Of a DNA stretch of 36,299 bases, positions 1-8,067 are shown piece by piece. Each line of letters opens with the position of its first letter. The first letter of the stretch is position 1. The notes beneath the pieces were generated by a model, which saw only the letters and a list, made by a program, of their open reading frames with translations, had not been told where the DNA came from and ran no database searches. Made by a program: the position numbers and the translations under genes. Source of the stretch: a virus (taxonomy: Duplodnaviria > Caudoviricetes); IMG/VR virus record IMGVR_UViG_3300037851_000010, positions 1 through 36,299 of that record; one strand, written 5' to 3'.

Positions 1-57
1 GAGTAGGAGAACGTGGGAGCCAGGGTTCACAGGGTTCACAGGGTTCTGCCTCGACAG
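1..57. repeat. Terminal direct repeat (copy 1), identical to 36243..36299; probably assembly overlap of a circular contig
   Basis: 57 nt identity between both ends; reading frame continues across the join. Confidence 0.9.
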
Positions 58-128
58 TACCTGGACCAACTGGTCCTACAGGACCAACAGGAGTAGGAGA
101 ACGTGGGAGCCAGGGTTCACAGGGTTCT
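1..128 (+). repeat. Coding tandem repeat (90-nt unit containing 9-nt CAGGGTTCA subunits) encoding GVGERGSQGSQGSQGSASTVPGPTGPTGPT
   Basis: Unit at 1..90, partial unit from 91, further copies at 36173..36299. Confidence 0.9.
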
Positions 129-575
129 GCAGGTGTGGGTGGTGCTTCAACAATAAAACTAACTGCAGATTTAGCAGCTAATACAGTAGGTACAGCAGCT
201 ATATGTACTGGTATGGCTTTAAGTGTAACTGCTGGAAGTTATTATTTTTTTAGATTTAATGTTTTATATCAAGCCGCTGTTACGACTACTGGAATTAAAC
301 TAGGGCTTACGTTCCCTGCTGTGACTAGCTTTGCAGGAACTGTAATCGCATTGAACTCTGGTGCCGCTTCTGTAGTTTACGGAAGAATAACTACCTCTGG
401 TGGATTGGTTACTGGAGCAGGAACACCAGTTGCTAACACAACATATATGGCGGAGATACTTGGCTCTATTCTTCCTTCTGCCAATGGGACTATTCAGGTA
501 ACTTATGGCACAGAGGTAGGAGGCTCAGCCGTAACTGTGAAACAAGGCTCTAACGGATTACTGTTCACTTTATGA
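1..575 (+). CDS. C-terminal part of collagen-like virion fibre/decoration protein (true start 35987, wraps the origin; ~276 aa)
   Basis: Frame of ORF 135..575 is continuous with ORF starting at ATG 35987; G-X-Y repeats followed by a small beta-rich Gly/Thr/Ala domain. Confidence 0.8.
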   Translation, partial: VGERGSQGSQGSQGSASTVPGPTGPTGPTGVGERGSQGSQGSAGVGGASTIKLTADLAANTVGTAAICTGMALSVTAGSYYFFRFNVLYQAAVTTTGIKLGLTFPAVTSFAGTVIALNSGAASVVYGRITTSGGLVTGAGTPVANTTYMAEILGSILPSANGTIQVTYGTEVGGSAVTVKQGSNGLLFTL

Positions 576-1147
576 GAATATCTTTGGGTATTGCTACAAG
601 AGGTGAAGTTTGTATTGAGACTACGATGGCTTTGATGCACCTTCTGAAAGAAACACCGCACGAGTTCCATCTTAATTTTCACAAAGGAACTTATCTCGGT
701 GATATGAGAAACGCTATGCTTGAGGAGGCTAGAGCTATGAAAGCTGATTACCTGTTCTTCGTAGATACAGACGTTATATTCCCTCCTGATGGGCTTAATA
801 GACTCTTAGCACGCAATAAGGACATTATAGGTGGAATGTATAATATGAAGGTAATTCCACCAGTTAACACGATTAAGATGGCAGATGAAAACGGAAAGAT
901 AATAGCAGTCAAAGACTTTGATGTTCCTACTAAACTATTTCAATGCTATGCAATCCCGTCCGGCTTTATGCTGATTAAACTGGATGCAATTAAAGACTTA
1001 AAGAAACCATTTAACTTCGACTACGACCAGAACGGAGAATTTATTGGTGAAGATGTGGGTTTTTGTAAAAGATGTCACGATATAGGATTGGAAATCTGGT
1101 GCGACCCGACAATAAATATAGGTCATATTGGAAGTTATGTGTATTAA
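572..1147 (+). CDS. GT-A fold (GT2-like) glycosyltransferase
   Basis: YLFFVDTDV (DxD), GEDVGFC, C-terminal IGHIG; ATGA overlap with upstream collagen gene. Confidence 0.85.
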   Translation: MRISLGIATRGEVCIETTMALMHLLKETPHEFHLNFHKGTYLGDMRNAMLEEARAMKADYLFFVDTDVIFPPDGLNRLLARNKDIIGGMYNMKVIPPVNTIKMADENGKIIAVKDFDVPTKLFQCYAIPSGFMLIKLDAIKDLKKPFNFDYDQNGEFIGEDVGFCKRCHDIGLEIWCDPTINIGHIGSYVY

Positions 1148-1148
1148 A

Positions 1149-1157
1149 TGTTATAAT
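1149..1157 (+). promoter_or_regulatory. Extended -10 promoter TGTTATAAT, probably leaderless (ATG 1164)
   Basis: TGnTATAAT followed by 6 nt then ATG. Confidence 0.65.
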
Positions 1158-1163
1158 TAAGAT

Positions 1164-1385
1164 ATGGAATTACTCAAAAGATTCTATGTAGATGAGCATA
1201 CAAGAAACGCCGTACAAGAGTTTGTCGTTCATTATCTAAGAGAGAAGTCGGCTGATATGGCTTTTAATGGTGAGAATACTAATCATATTAAATTAGCCCG
1301 TGATGTTATCAATGAGGCGTGGAATAAATTAGAACAAATATATGGCAACAAGGAAGAAGTTAAAAAGAAGAATCCAGCTAGATAA
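1164..1385 (+). CDS. Small head-module hypothetical protein
   Basis: 73-aa ORF with own promoter, upstream of scaffold. Confidence 0.7.
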   Translation: MELLKRFYVDEHTRNAVQEFVVHYLREKSADMAFNGENTNHIKLARDVINEAWNKLEQIYGNKEEVKKKNPAR

Positions 1386-1391
1386 AAAACT

Positions 1392-1535
1392 ATGAAAAAA
1401 ATTAAAAAAATAAAATTACCCAAGGTCGGATTACAAAAACCAGTCAAGAGTAGACCGAGCTTAAATATGGCTTCTGGAACAATACTACCAACTAGAATTA
1501 GAAAATATCACGAGACTAGGGGTAGATTATCGTAA
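1392..1535 (+). CDS. 47-aa highly basic microprotein (MKKIKKIKLPKVGLQKPVKSRP...)
   Basis: ATG..TAA read manually; fills the gap between genes; below ORF-track cutoff. Confidence 0.55.
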   Translation: MKKIKKIKLPKVGLQKPVKSRPSLNMASGTILPTRIRKYHETRGRLS

Positions 1536-1546
1536 GTAATATCCAG

Positions 1547-1617
1547 GCACTCTTAGGGAGTGCTTATGATGCGACTTACGCATCCAAACTAATGTCCGGC
1601 CAAGAGACTTATCTTGG
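1547..1617 (+). promoter_or_regulatory. Three tandem 6-bp hairpins with CTTA at the loops, upstream of scaffold start
   Basis: GCACTC/GAGTGC, GATGCG/CGCATC, CCAAGA/TCTTGG. Confidence 0.6.
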
Positions 1618-1625
1618 TACATAAT

Positions 1626-2153
1626 ATGGAGGAAGAACTCCAAAATGAGAATCTCAACTCTCCAAACGAGACAGAGGAAACTGTAGAAACCACCGAAGAA
1701 GCAACTGATGTTTCTGAGGATGAAGTGGCTAAGTTAAAAGAACTGAATAGAAAACTATTCGTTCGAGCAAAGACGGCAGAAGGGTTTGTGCAAAAAGATG
1801 GTAAGTGGGTTAAAAAGCCCACACCAGCACAACCCGAAGTTAAAGAGGTCCAACCTTCTCCGACCTACATCACCAAAGATGAGTACGAAGAGGGCATATT
1901 GCGGACTTCCAAAGGATATAGCGATGAGGACATAGCTGTTCTTAATACGATATCCAAAGGTAAGGGCGTTTCGATCTTACAAGCCGAGCAAGATGCAATA
2001 TTTAAATTGCACCTCGGAAACAAGTTAGAAGAAGAGCGAAAAGCCAAAGCTCAACTAGGAACGTCAAGGGGTTCTGGTAGCTCCGGGAATCAAAAGAAAC
2101 CCGAAACTCGTGAAGAACACTTGGAGATGTGGAAGCAGAAAGTGGGGCTATAA
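1626..2153 (+). CDS. Capsid scaffolding protein (putative)
   Basis: Acidic disordered N-terminus, helical/coiled-coil body, Gly/Ser linker near C-terminus, directly upstream of major capsid; ATG 1626 preferred over TTG 1614. Confidence 0.7.
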   Translation: MEEELQNENLNSPNETEETVETTEEATDVSEDEVAKLKELNRKLFVRAKTAEGFVQKDGKWVKKPTPAQPEVKEVQPSPTYITKDEYEEGILRTSKGYSDEDIAVLNTISKGKGVSILQAEQDAIFKLHLGNKLEEERKAKAQLGTSRGSGSSGNQKKPETREEHLEMWKQKVGL

Positions 2154-2160
2154 AGTTTAA

Positions 2161-3063
2161 ATGGCATTTCCTACAGGTACGCATACAGCGACCACGTTGG
2201 CTTCATTTATCCCTGAATTATGGGGACAGAGGATCAACGATTTTATGAGAAGCAAGCTCGTCATGGCTTCCTTCTTCGTAGATAGGAGTTCAGAATTAGC
2301 CGATGGTGGCGACATTCTCTATACTCCTAACATGACTGAAATGACTGCTAATGCTAAATCAGATGCAACAGCAGTAACCCTCAACTACCCTACTGACACT
2401 AAGATTACTCTTACTGTTAATCAGTGGTATGAAGTATCATTTGCGATAGAAGATCGGGATGCAGCTCAGGCTAAGAGGTCTTACTACATCCAAGAGAACT
2501 ATGCTAAGGGTGCAGGATTCGCAGCCGCCAAGAAATTGGAAGTTGCGATCGCTGCCTTGTTCCTTGGTTTCTCGCAAGTTGTTGGTTCTTCAGTAGCTTT
2601 ACTCGCAGATTCAGATATCAGAAATGCTATCGCCTATCTCGAATCAGCTAATGTTGATACCACTTCCGATTGTGCGTTCTTCGTCCATCCTAACGTTTTC
2701 TGGAAGCACTTACAGTCAATAGATAAATTCTCATTGGCTGTTAACTCACCAGTTAACGATCCGACAGCGAAGAGACCGCAAGCGACCCTATATGGTATTC
2801 CTGTATATGTAACGAGCAATATTCAGTACATTTCAGAGACAACTGGTAGAGCAAACGCATTGGCTCACAAAGACGCTATCCATTGGGCAACATCTCCTTT
2901 AGGAGCTGGCTCAGAAGGACCTTCTGTAACAGGAAGTATGGGTGTCAGAGTGCAGTCGAACTATATGCCTGATTTCCTTTCAACTCTTACAACCGCAGAT
3001 ATTCTGTATGGTGTAATAGAGAACAGAGACACTTCGGGTGTATATATGAAGTCCAGTACATAA
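2161..3063 (+). CDS. Major capsid protein (HK97 fold, P22/T7-like)
   Basis: FIPELWGQ N-terminal motif, GDILYTP, FFVHP, LYGIPVYVT, DILYG; 300 aa. Confidence 0.85.
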   Translation: MAFPTGTHTATTLASFIPELWGQRINDFMRSKLVMASFFVDRSSELADGGDILYTPNMTEMTANAKSDATAVTLNYPTDTKITLTVNQWYEVSFAIEDRDAAQAKRSYYIQENYAKGAGFAAAKKLEVAIAALFLGFSQVVGSSVALLADSDIRNAIAYLESANVDTTSDCAFFVHPNVFWKHLQSIDKFSLAVNSPVNDPTAKRPQATLYGIPVYVTSNIQYISETTGRANALAHKDAIHWATSPLGAGSEGPSVTGSMGVRVQSNYMPDFLSTLTTADILYGVIENRDTSGVYMKSST

Positions 3064-3085
3064 CGTTAAACAATGGTTTAATTGT

Positions 3086-3127
3086 CTCGATGGTTAGGAA
3101 ACAAACCTCCCAAACCATCGGGTTTGT
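3086..3127 (+). promoter_or_regulatory. Post-capsid hairpin / possible pseudoknot or attenuator
   Basis: CGATGGTT/AACCATCG stem; loop ACAAACC complementary to downstream GGTTTGT. Confidence 0.5.
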
Positions 3128-3150
3128 AGATAATTAAACTCTCTAAAAAT

Positions 3151-3459
3151 ATGGGCGGAGTAGTTATAGCTAAGGATATTAAAAAAACTAAAGAGATGAT
3201 TGACTTAGCCGGAAACGTAATAGATCCTCAAACTAAAAGAGTCATCAAGAAAGAACCTCCAGAATACATACCACCACCACCTCACGTTGTTGAGGCGTGG
3301 AAGAAAGAGAGGCAAGAAGAATCGCATTTTGCTACCACAGACGACAGGATAAACGAGATAAAGAGTTCTGGCTTGGGTGATAAAATCGAGAAAATGATAG
3401 AATCTAAAATCAATAAGTTAATCGAAGATAAAATAGAAGAAGTATTTAAGAGACTATGA
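3151..3459 (+). CDS. Hypothetical protein
   Basis: 102-aa ORF, ATGA-coupled to next gene. Confidence 0.7.
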   Translation: MGGVVIAKDIKKTKEMIDLAGNVIDPQTKRVIKKEPPEYIPPPPHVVEAWKKERQEESHFATTDDRINEIKSSGLGDKIEKMIESKINKLIEDKIEEVFKRL

Positions 3460-4523
3460 AAAAAGTATTCTTTTGTAACACGCTTATGGGCGGTTGCCAT
3501 TATGTCAGGTCGTTAATACCCATGAGGGAACTAGGGGCTGACGGTGATAAAACCTCATTAAGAACTGATAAGATAGATGACCAGACCAGAGCCAGAGCAG
3601 TTTTAGATGCTGATATTGTAGTCTTTCACAGACCTAACGATGATAGAGCTTTAGAGATTGCTAAGATATTAAAGAAGCAAGGCAAGAAGATTGTAATGGA
3701 TAATGACGATACCTATAAGGGTTTTGATTTAACTAAACTCGGTAAACTCGCAGATAAGTTCGGGCAAGTAGAAAAAGCTATTGATGTATTCGGTAAAGAA
3801 GCGGACCTAATAACTTGTTCGACTGAGTTTCTTAAACAGGAATACTCAAGATTAAATCCCAATGTAGTAGTTCTTCCTAATTGTGTTGACCCTGACGATT
3901 GGCCAGAAGAAGACGAGATACTAAGGAATAATAGCGAAAAGATTAGAATAGGATTTGTAGGTTCAGTCGGACTTCATACTGATATACAGGCGTTTATTCC
4001 AGTATTAGATTATCTAAAGACTCGCAAGGATGTTCAGCTAGTTGTTTTTGCACTTCCGGCTGACACTAAAGAATCTCATGATGTTCACAATTATTATAAG
4101 CCTGAATTTGAATTCTGGATGTCTTATAACGTAGAATGGCAACCGTTTGTGCCGATACAAGATTATGTAGAAACTCTAAATAATCTAAAGCTAGACCTTC
4201 TACTTATACCAAGATCCGATGACTACTTTAATCGTTGTAAGTCTAATCTGAAGTTCCTAGAAGCCTCGATGCTTCAGATACCTGTAGTAGCTCAGGGATT
4301 CAAAGACGGAAACTCTCCCTATCAAGATACAGAGGACTCTAAATATATGAAAGTTGTAACAGATAATTCTAAATGGTTAGAAGAAATAATACCACTAATA
4401 GAATCAAAAGAACTAAGGATAGCTCAAGGTAAGAAAGCTAGAGAGTATGTTCTATCTCGATACCAGATAAAAGATAACATTCATAAGTGGGTAGAGGCCT
4501 ATGATAACCTATTCTCCAAGTAG
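3456..4523 (+). CDS. GT-B fold (GT4-like) glycosyltransferase
   Basis: VVFHR, DNDD, DLITCSTEFL, VLPN, RIGFVGS, FNRCKSNLKFLEAS. Confidence 0.9.
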   Translation: MKKVFFCNTLMGGCHYVRSLIPMRELGADGDKTSLRTDKIDDQTRARAVLDADIVVFHRPNDDRALEIAKILKKQGKKIVMDNDDTYKGFDLTKLGKLADKFGQVEKAIDVFGKEADLITCSTEFLKQEYSRLNPNVVVLPNCVDPDDWPEEDEILRNNSEKIRIGFVGSVGLHTDIQAFIPVLDYLKTRKDVQLVVFALPADTKESHDVHNYYKPEFEFWMSYNVEWQPFVPIQDYVETLNNLKLDLLLIPRSDDYFNRCKSNLKFLEASMLQIPVVAQGFKDGNSPYQDTEDSKYMKVVTDNSKWLEEIIPLIESKELRIAQGKKAREYVLSRYQIKDNIHKWVEAYDNLFSK

Positions 4524-5043
4524 ATTTGAAAAACCACCTCACGTTCTTGATGTCCCGTCAGCGTGGAAAGGACTAGAATGGATAATTAGAGATATTTTTA
4601 TTACTTTCGGATTAAAAGGTGAAAGAGCATTAGAATTCGGTGTAGAGTTCGGTTATTCAATCGTGGCTCTATCGAACTACTTTAAAGAGATAGTTGGAGT
4701 CGATACCTTCAAGGGAGATATCCACGCTGGCACTAGCGTAGAAGGATTATATGAGGCAGTAAAAGAGGCCGTTCCTAAGAACGTCAGACTAATAGAATCA
4801 GATTATAAAGATTATAAAGACGATACTATCTATGAGTTGATTCACGTTGATATAGTCCACACATACGAAGATACATTTGCTTGCGGAGACTGGGCGTTAA
4901 ATCATTCAAAGCTAGTTTTATTCCACGATACAGAATCTTTCCCGGACGTTAAAAAAGCAGTAGACGACTTAGCTGAGAAACATAATGCAGTATTTTATAA
5001 TTATCCGCATAACAACGGATTAGGCATATTATGGAAAGATTAA
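4501..5043 (+). CDS. Class I SAM-dependent methyltransferase (Methyltransf_24-like; probable sugar O-methyltransferase)
   Basis: LEFGVEFGYS motif I, GVDTFKGD, IHVDIVHTYE, FHD. Confidence 0.85.
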   Translation: MITYSPSRFEKPPHVLDVPSAWKGLEWIIRDIFITFGLKGERALEFGVEFGYSIVALSNYFKEIVGVDTFKGDIHAGTSVEGLYEAVKEAVPKNVRLIESDYKDYKDDTIYELIHVDIVHTYEDTFACGDWALNHSKLVLFHDTESFPDVKKAVDDLAEKHNAVFYNYPHNNGLGILWKD

Positions 5044-5639
5044 CTATCGTCATACCCCATAGGATGTCGGAGGATGCTAAAATAACGCTTGATTCGCTTA
5101 AAAACGCCTCGTACAGAGACTTTAAGGTCGTAGTAGTAGCAGACCAGGGGAAGGGTGCAAATTGGGCCAGAAACGAGGGTTTTAAGAGTTGCGATACTGA
5201 GTTCGTTCTTTTTAGCGATAACGACATAAACTGGACCGATACGGGCATAGAATCAATGATTTATATGCTAGATCATTTCCCTAGAGCTTCGTATTCTTAC
5301 GGACGCTTTATAGTAGACGGAGTTATATGGGGTCATCAAGTGTTCAATCCGGTTAAACTTCTGACCGAGAATTTTGTATCAACTATGAGTATTATCCGTT
5401 CAGAAGACTTTAGATTATGCGGTGGGTTCGATGAATCTCTTGTGGGCTTTCAGGATTGGGACTTATGGCTGAATCTTTTAATCAATCACAAAAAGCGTGG
5501 AGTCTATTGTAATGAGTTAATCTTTACTACCGAACCAAGAGTAGGAATCTCCGCTCAAAGAAATAATATGGAATGTGCCAGAGTTTTAAATGATAAATAT
5601 AACCTTAAACTACCACGTTTTAACACGGGGTATCTATGA
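5031..5639 (+). CDS. GT2 glycosyltransferase
   Basis: TIVIP, GANWARNEG, FSDND, GGFDE, QDWDLW. Confidence 0.9.
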   Translation: MERLTIVIPHRMSEDAKITLDSLKNASYRDFKVVVVADQGKGANWARNEGFKSCDTEFVLFSDNDINWTDTGIESMIYMLDHFPRASYSYGRFIVDGVIWGHQVFNPVKLLTENFVSTMSIIRSEDFRLCGGFDESLVGFQDWDLWLNLLINHKKRGVYCNELIFTTEPRVGISAQRNNMECARVLNDKYNLKLPRFNTGYL

Positions 5640-6178
5640 TGCGTTTATTTATCTCAATTCACAATGACGACGAAGTTCTCTATGGGGCCTATTCGCTTTT
5701 GCGTGAAAAGCCTCTTGTTCTTATTGTTACTGATTCCTGGATTCAGCCACTTAGGGGCGATGTTGGTTGCTCGGCTGAAGAACGCAGACAGGAAACGATT
5801 AATGCGATGGCAATCCTTAAATGCCCGGTTGCTTTCCTCGGCATTAAAGACACGGAGCTTACAGAGGAACTACTCACTGAACGGCTCAAACCATTTGTCG
5901 GGAACTGGGAAGAAGTCTACGCACCAGCAATCCAGGGCGGCAATCCACAGCATGACATTGTCGGAAGAGTTGCACAAAAACTTTTCACCAATGTCCGATA
6001 TTATACGACTTACACGAAAACAGAACTCTGGACTAAAGGGGAGCGAGAAGTTATCCCTACTGAAGAAGAAAAAGTCCTTAAAACAAGAGCTTTAAACTGT
6101 TATAAGAGCCAGATAATGCTTCCTTCAACAAGGCCGCACTTCTTGGCTGTTATCGGAAAATCAGAATGGCTAATATAA
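5636..6178 (+). CDS. PIG-L/LmbE family deacetylase
   Basis: HNDDE (HPDDE-like), ERRQE, NPQH (HxDH-like), KTRALNCYKSQ. Confidence 0.85.
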   Translation: MMRLFISIHNDDEVLYGAYSLLREKPLVLIVTDSWIQPLRGDVGCSAEERRQETINAMAILKCPVAFLGIKDTELTEELLTERLKPFVGNWEEVYAPAIQGGNPQHDIVGRVAQKLFTNVRYYTTYTKTELWTKGEREVIPTEEEKVLKTRALNCYKSQIMLPSTRPHFLAVIGKSEWLI

Positions 6179-6285
6179 AATTGGGTAGACCAGAGGTGGT
6201 TAGACCATATCTAAGGCATATTCCTGGTAAAATTGGTGGTCATTGTGTACTACCGAACGCTAAATTATTAAAGGTCAGATTATGA
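6166..6285 (+). pseudogene. 39-aa remnant of a UDP-glucose/GDP-mannose-family nucleotide-sugar dehydrogenase
   Basis: MANIKLGRPEVVRPYLRHIPGKIGGHCVLPNAKLL...; GGHC catalytic motif without a Rossmann domain; stop overlaps next ATG. Confidence 0.6.
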
Positions 6286-6926
6286 GAAAGATATTTATAA
6301 CTCCTTATTTTGGCGACGCCCCATCTTGGTTTCCCGAATACAAGGAACACTTTGAGCAAACTTTAAGACCTGCCGGATACGATTGGTTATTAGATACTGA
6401 CCTTGATGGCTTTAAAAAACGGGTTAAAGATAGGTTAGGAATAGATTATTTAGGCGAATGGGGATCGGGTAAGATATGGGACTTTCGTGGTTCGCTTGGC
6501 TATTTATACTCAGACGAAATAAAGGACTACGAATGGTGGGGACACACAGACTTCGATTGCGTTTACGGTGACGTTTCTAAATGGGTCACAGACGAGTTCC
6601 TTTCTGACCTAGACGTTCACTCAAACCACAATACTTATGTTATGGGAGCGTGGAGTCTTTACAGAAACACCCCGAAAGTAAATATGCTGTTTATGGAACG
6701 CTGGGACTGGAGAAGTTTTATGGCCCGTCCTGAACCAAACGGCTGGATAGAGAATGAGTTTTCAAGAGAGCTGGAAAAGTCTGGGCTTCGTTATAAATAC
6801 ACCTTCTGGCAGGGTAATCCCTACACAACTACACCTAACTTGAAGTTTGAAAATGGGAAGCTGTATCAAGATGGACACGAAATTATGATGTTCCACTTTA
6901 GAAGGTCTAAGAAATGGCCTATATGA
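6282..6926 (+). CDS. DUF6625-like probable glycosyltransferase
   Basis: ITPYFGDAPSW and WGHTDFDCVYGD motifs (DxD). Confidence 0.7.
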   Translation: MRKIFITPYFGDAPSWFPEYKEHFEQTLRPAGYDWLLDTDLDGFKKRVKDRLGIDYLGEWGSGKIWDFRGSLGYLYSDEIKDYEWWGHTDFDCVYGDVSKWVTDEFLSDLDVHSNHNTYVMGAWSLYRNTPKVNMLFMERWDWRSFMARPEPNGWIENEFSRELEKSGLRYKYTFWQGNPYTTTPNLKFENGKLYQDGHEIMMFHFRRSKKWPI

Positions 6927-7399
6927 AAATAGTACTCTACGCTAGAAGAAATATGGGCTTAGTTGTTCTTTCATACCTAGTAGCTAAGGGTCACGAGGTT
7001 AAAGTTATATCCGACGATGAAGTAGCTGGATTAGCTCAGATGTTAAACTGTCCTGTAGTCAACTTCGACACAATGGGTGAATTTGATTTATTCATCTGCT
7101 GTCACGGGAACAAGATTATTGATAAGAAGTATCTGAATAACAAGTTTATCAACATTCATCCGTGCTTATATAAATACAAAGGACACAACCCTATTAAAAG
7201 GTATATCGAAAGCAAGGATCAGTCAGGCTCGGTTGAATCCCAGTGGATGGTCGAAGAAGTAGACGCTGGGGAAATCATACATCAGGAGTTCTTTACGACT
7301 CCCGTACTAACAACCTATGCAGAATTTTATAATATCGCTCTGCCGTATTATCTAAGGTGCATAGATAAAACTCTCAATGAAATATCCAAAAGAACATAA
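6923..7399 (+). CDS. Formyltransferase (FMT-core; probable sugar N-formyltransferase)
   Basis: FINIHP and EEVDAGEII motifs; single domain; ATG 6923 gives ATGA overlap. Confidence 0.85.
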   Translation: MKIVLYARRNMGLVVLSYLVAKGHEVKVISDDEVAGLAQMLNCPVVNFDTMGEFDLFICCHGNKIIDKKYLNNKFINIHPCLYKYKGHNPIKRYIESKDQSGSVESQWMVEEVDAGEIIHQEFFTTPVLTTYAEFYNIALPYYLRCIDKTLNEISKRT

Positions 7400-8012
7400 T
7401 CCATATCTAATTGTAGACGAATTTGAAAGGAGAATCGCTGATTGGGCTGGGGCCAAGTATGGAATAGCCGTCGAGTCTGGAACGGCTGCAATCTTTTTGA
7501 GCTTAATGTACATAAAAGAGAAGCTGGGTTGCATTGACAAGATAATGATTCCGAAGCATACCTATCCGTCGGTCCCGTGTTCAATAATCCATGCCGGAGG
7601 GAAGGTTGTATGGAGCGACAAGAAGTGGAAAGGCGAATACGAACTACAACCACTGGGCATTTGGGACTCAGCACTTCGTTTTAGAAAGGGTATGTATCAC
7701 GGGGGGTTCCAATGCCTTTCGTTCCACATCAAGAAACACCTACCTATTGGCCGGGGAGGAATGATACTTACGGACTCGCTAGAGGCCTCTAATTGGCTCA
7801 AGGTTGCACGATTCGATGGCAGACACCCTATTCCATTAAAAGACGATAATTTCACTCAATTAGGCTGGAATTGCTACATGGAGCCTTCTCAGGCCGCACG
7901 GGGGATTCAGTTGTTTGAGGTTCTAAGGAACAAGGAACTTAAAGATTTAAAAGTTGAAGAACAAAATTATCCTGACCTTAGCCGTTTCCCCATTTATCAA
8001 CAGAAAAAGTAA
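7377..8012 (+). CDS. Minimal DegT/DnrJ/EryC1/StrS sugar aminotransferase
   Basis: AVESGTAA, IPKHTYPSV, IWDSA, SFHIKKHLPIGRGGMI (PLP lysine region), GWNCYM. Confidence 0.85.
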   Translation: MKYPKEHNPYLIVDEFERRIADWAGAKYGIAVESGTAAIFLSLMYIKEKLGCIDKIMIPKHTYPSVPCSIIHAGGKVVWSDKKWKGEYELQPLGIWDSALRFRKGMYHGGFQCLSFHIKKHLPIGRGGMILTDSLEASNWLKVARFDGRHPIPLKDDNFTQLGWNCYMEPSQAARGIQLFEVLRNKELKDLKVEEQNYPDLSRFPIYQQKK

Positions 8013-8063
8013 AGACAAAATCACTAAAATGTGGTATTATATCAACAGATACTTAACAGGAGG
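8012..8063 (+). promoter_or_regulatory. Internal sigma70-like promoter plus Shine-Dalgarno for GNAT gene
   Basis: AAGACA(8012)-17-TG-G-TATTAT(8035); AGGAGG at 8058..8063. Confidence 0.55.
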
Positions 8064-8067
8064 CGTT

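Noticed and set aside
1-128. Repeats as a CRISPR array or physical terminal repeats
   Set aside because: Units are in-frame collagen codons without unique spacers; a 57-nt end overlap inside a coding repeat is better explained by assembly
5664-6095. 143-aa alternative-frame ORF within PIG-L, and other antisense ORFs within long genes
   Set aside because: No motifs or expression signals; the overlapped frame has clear family motifs
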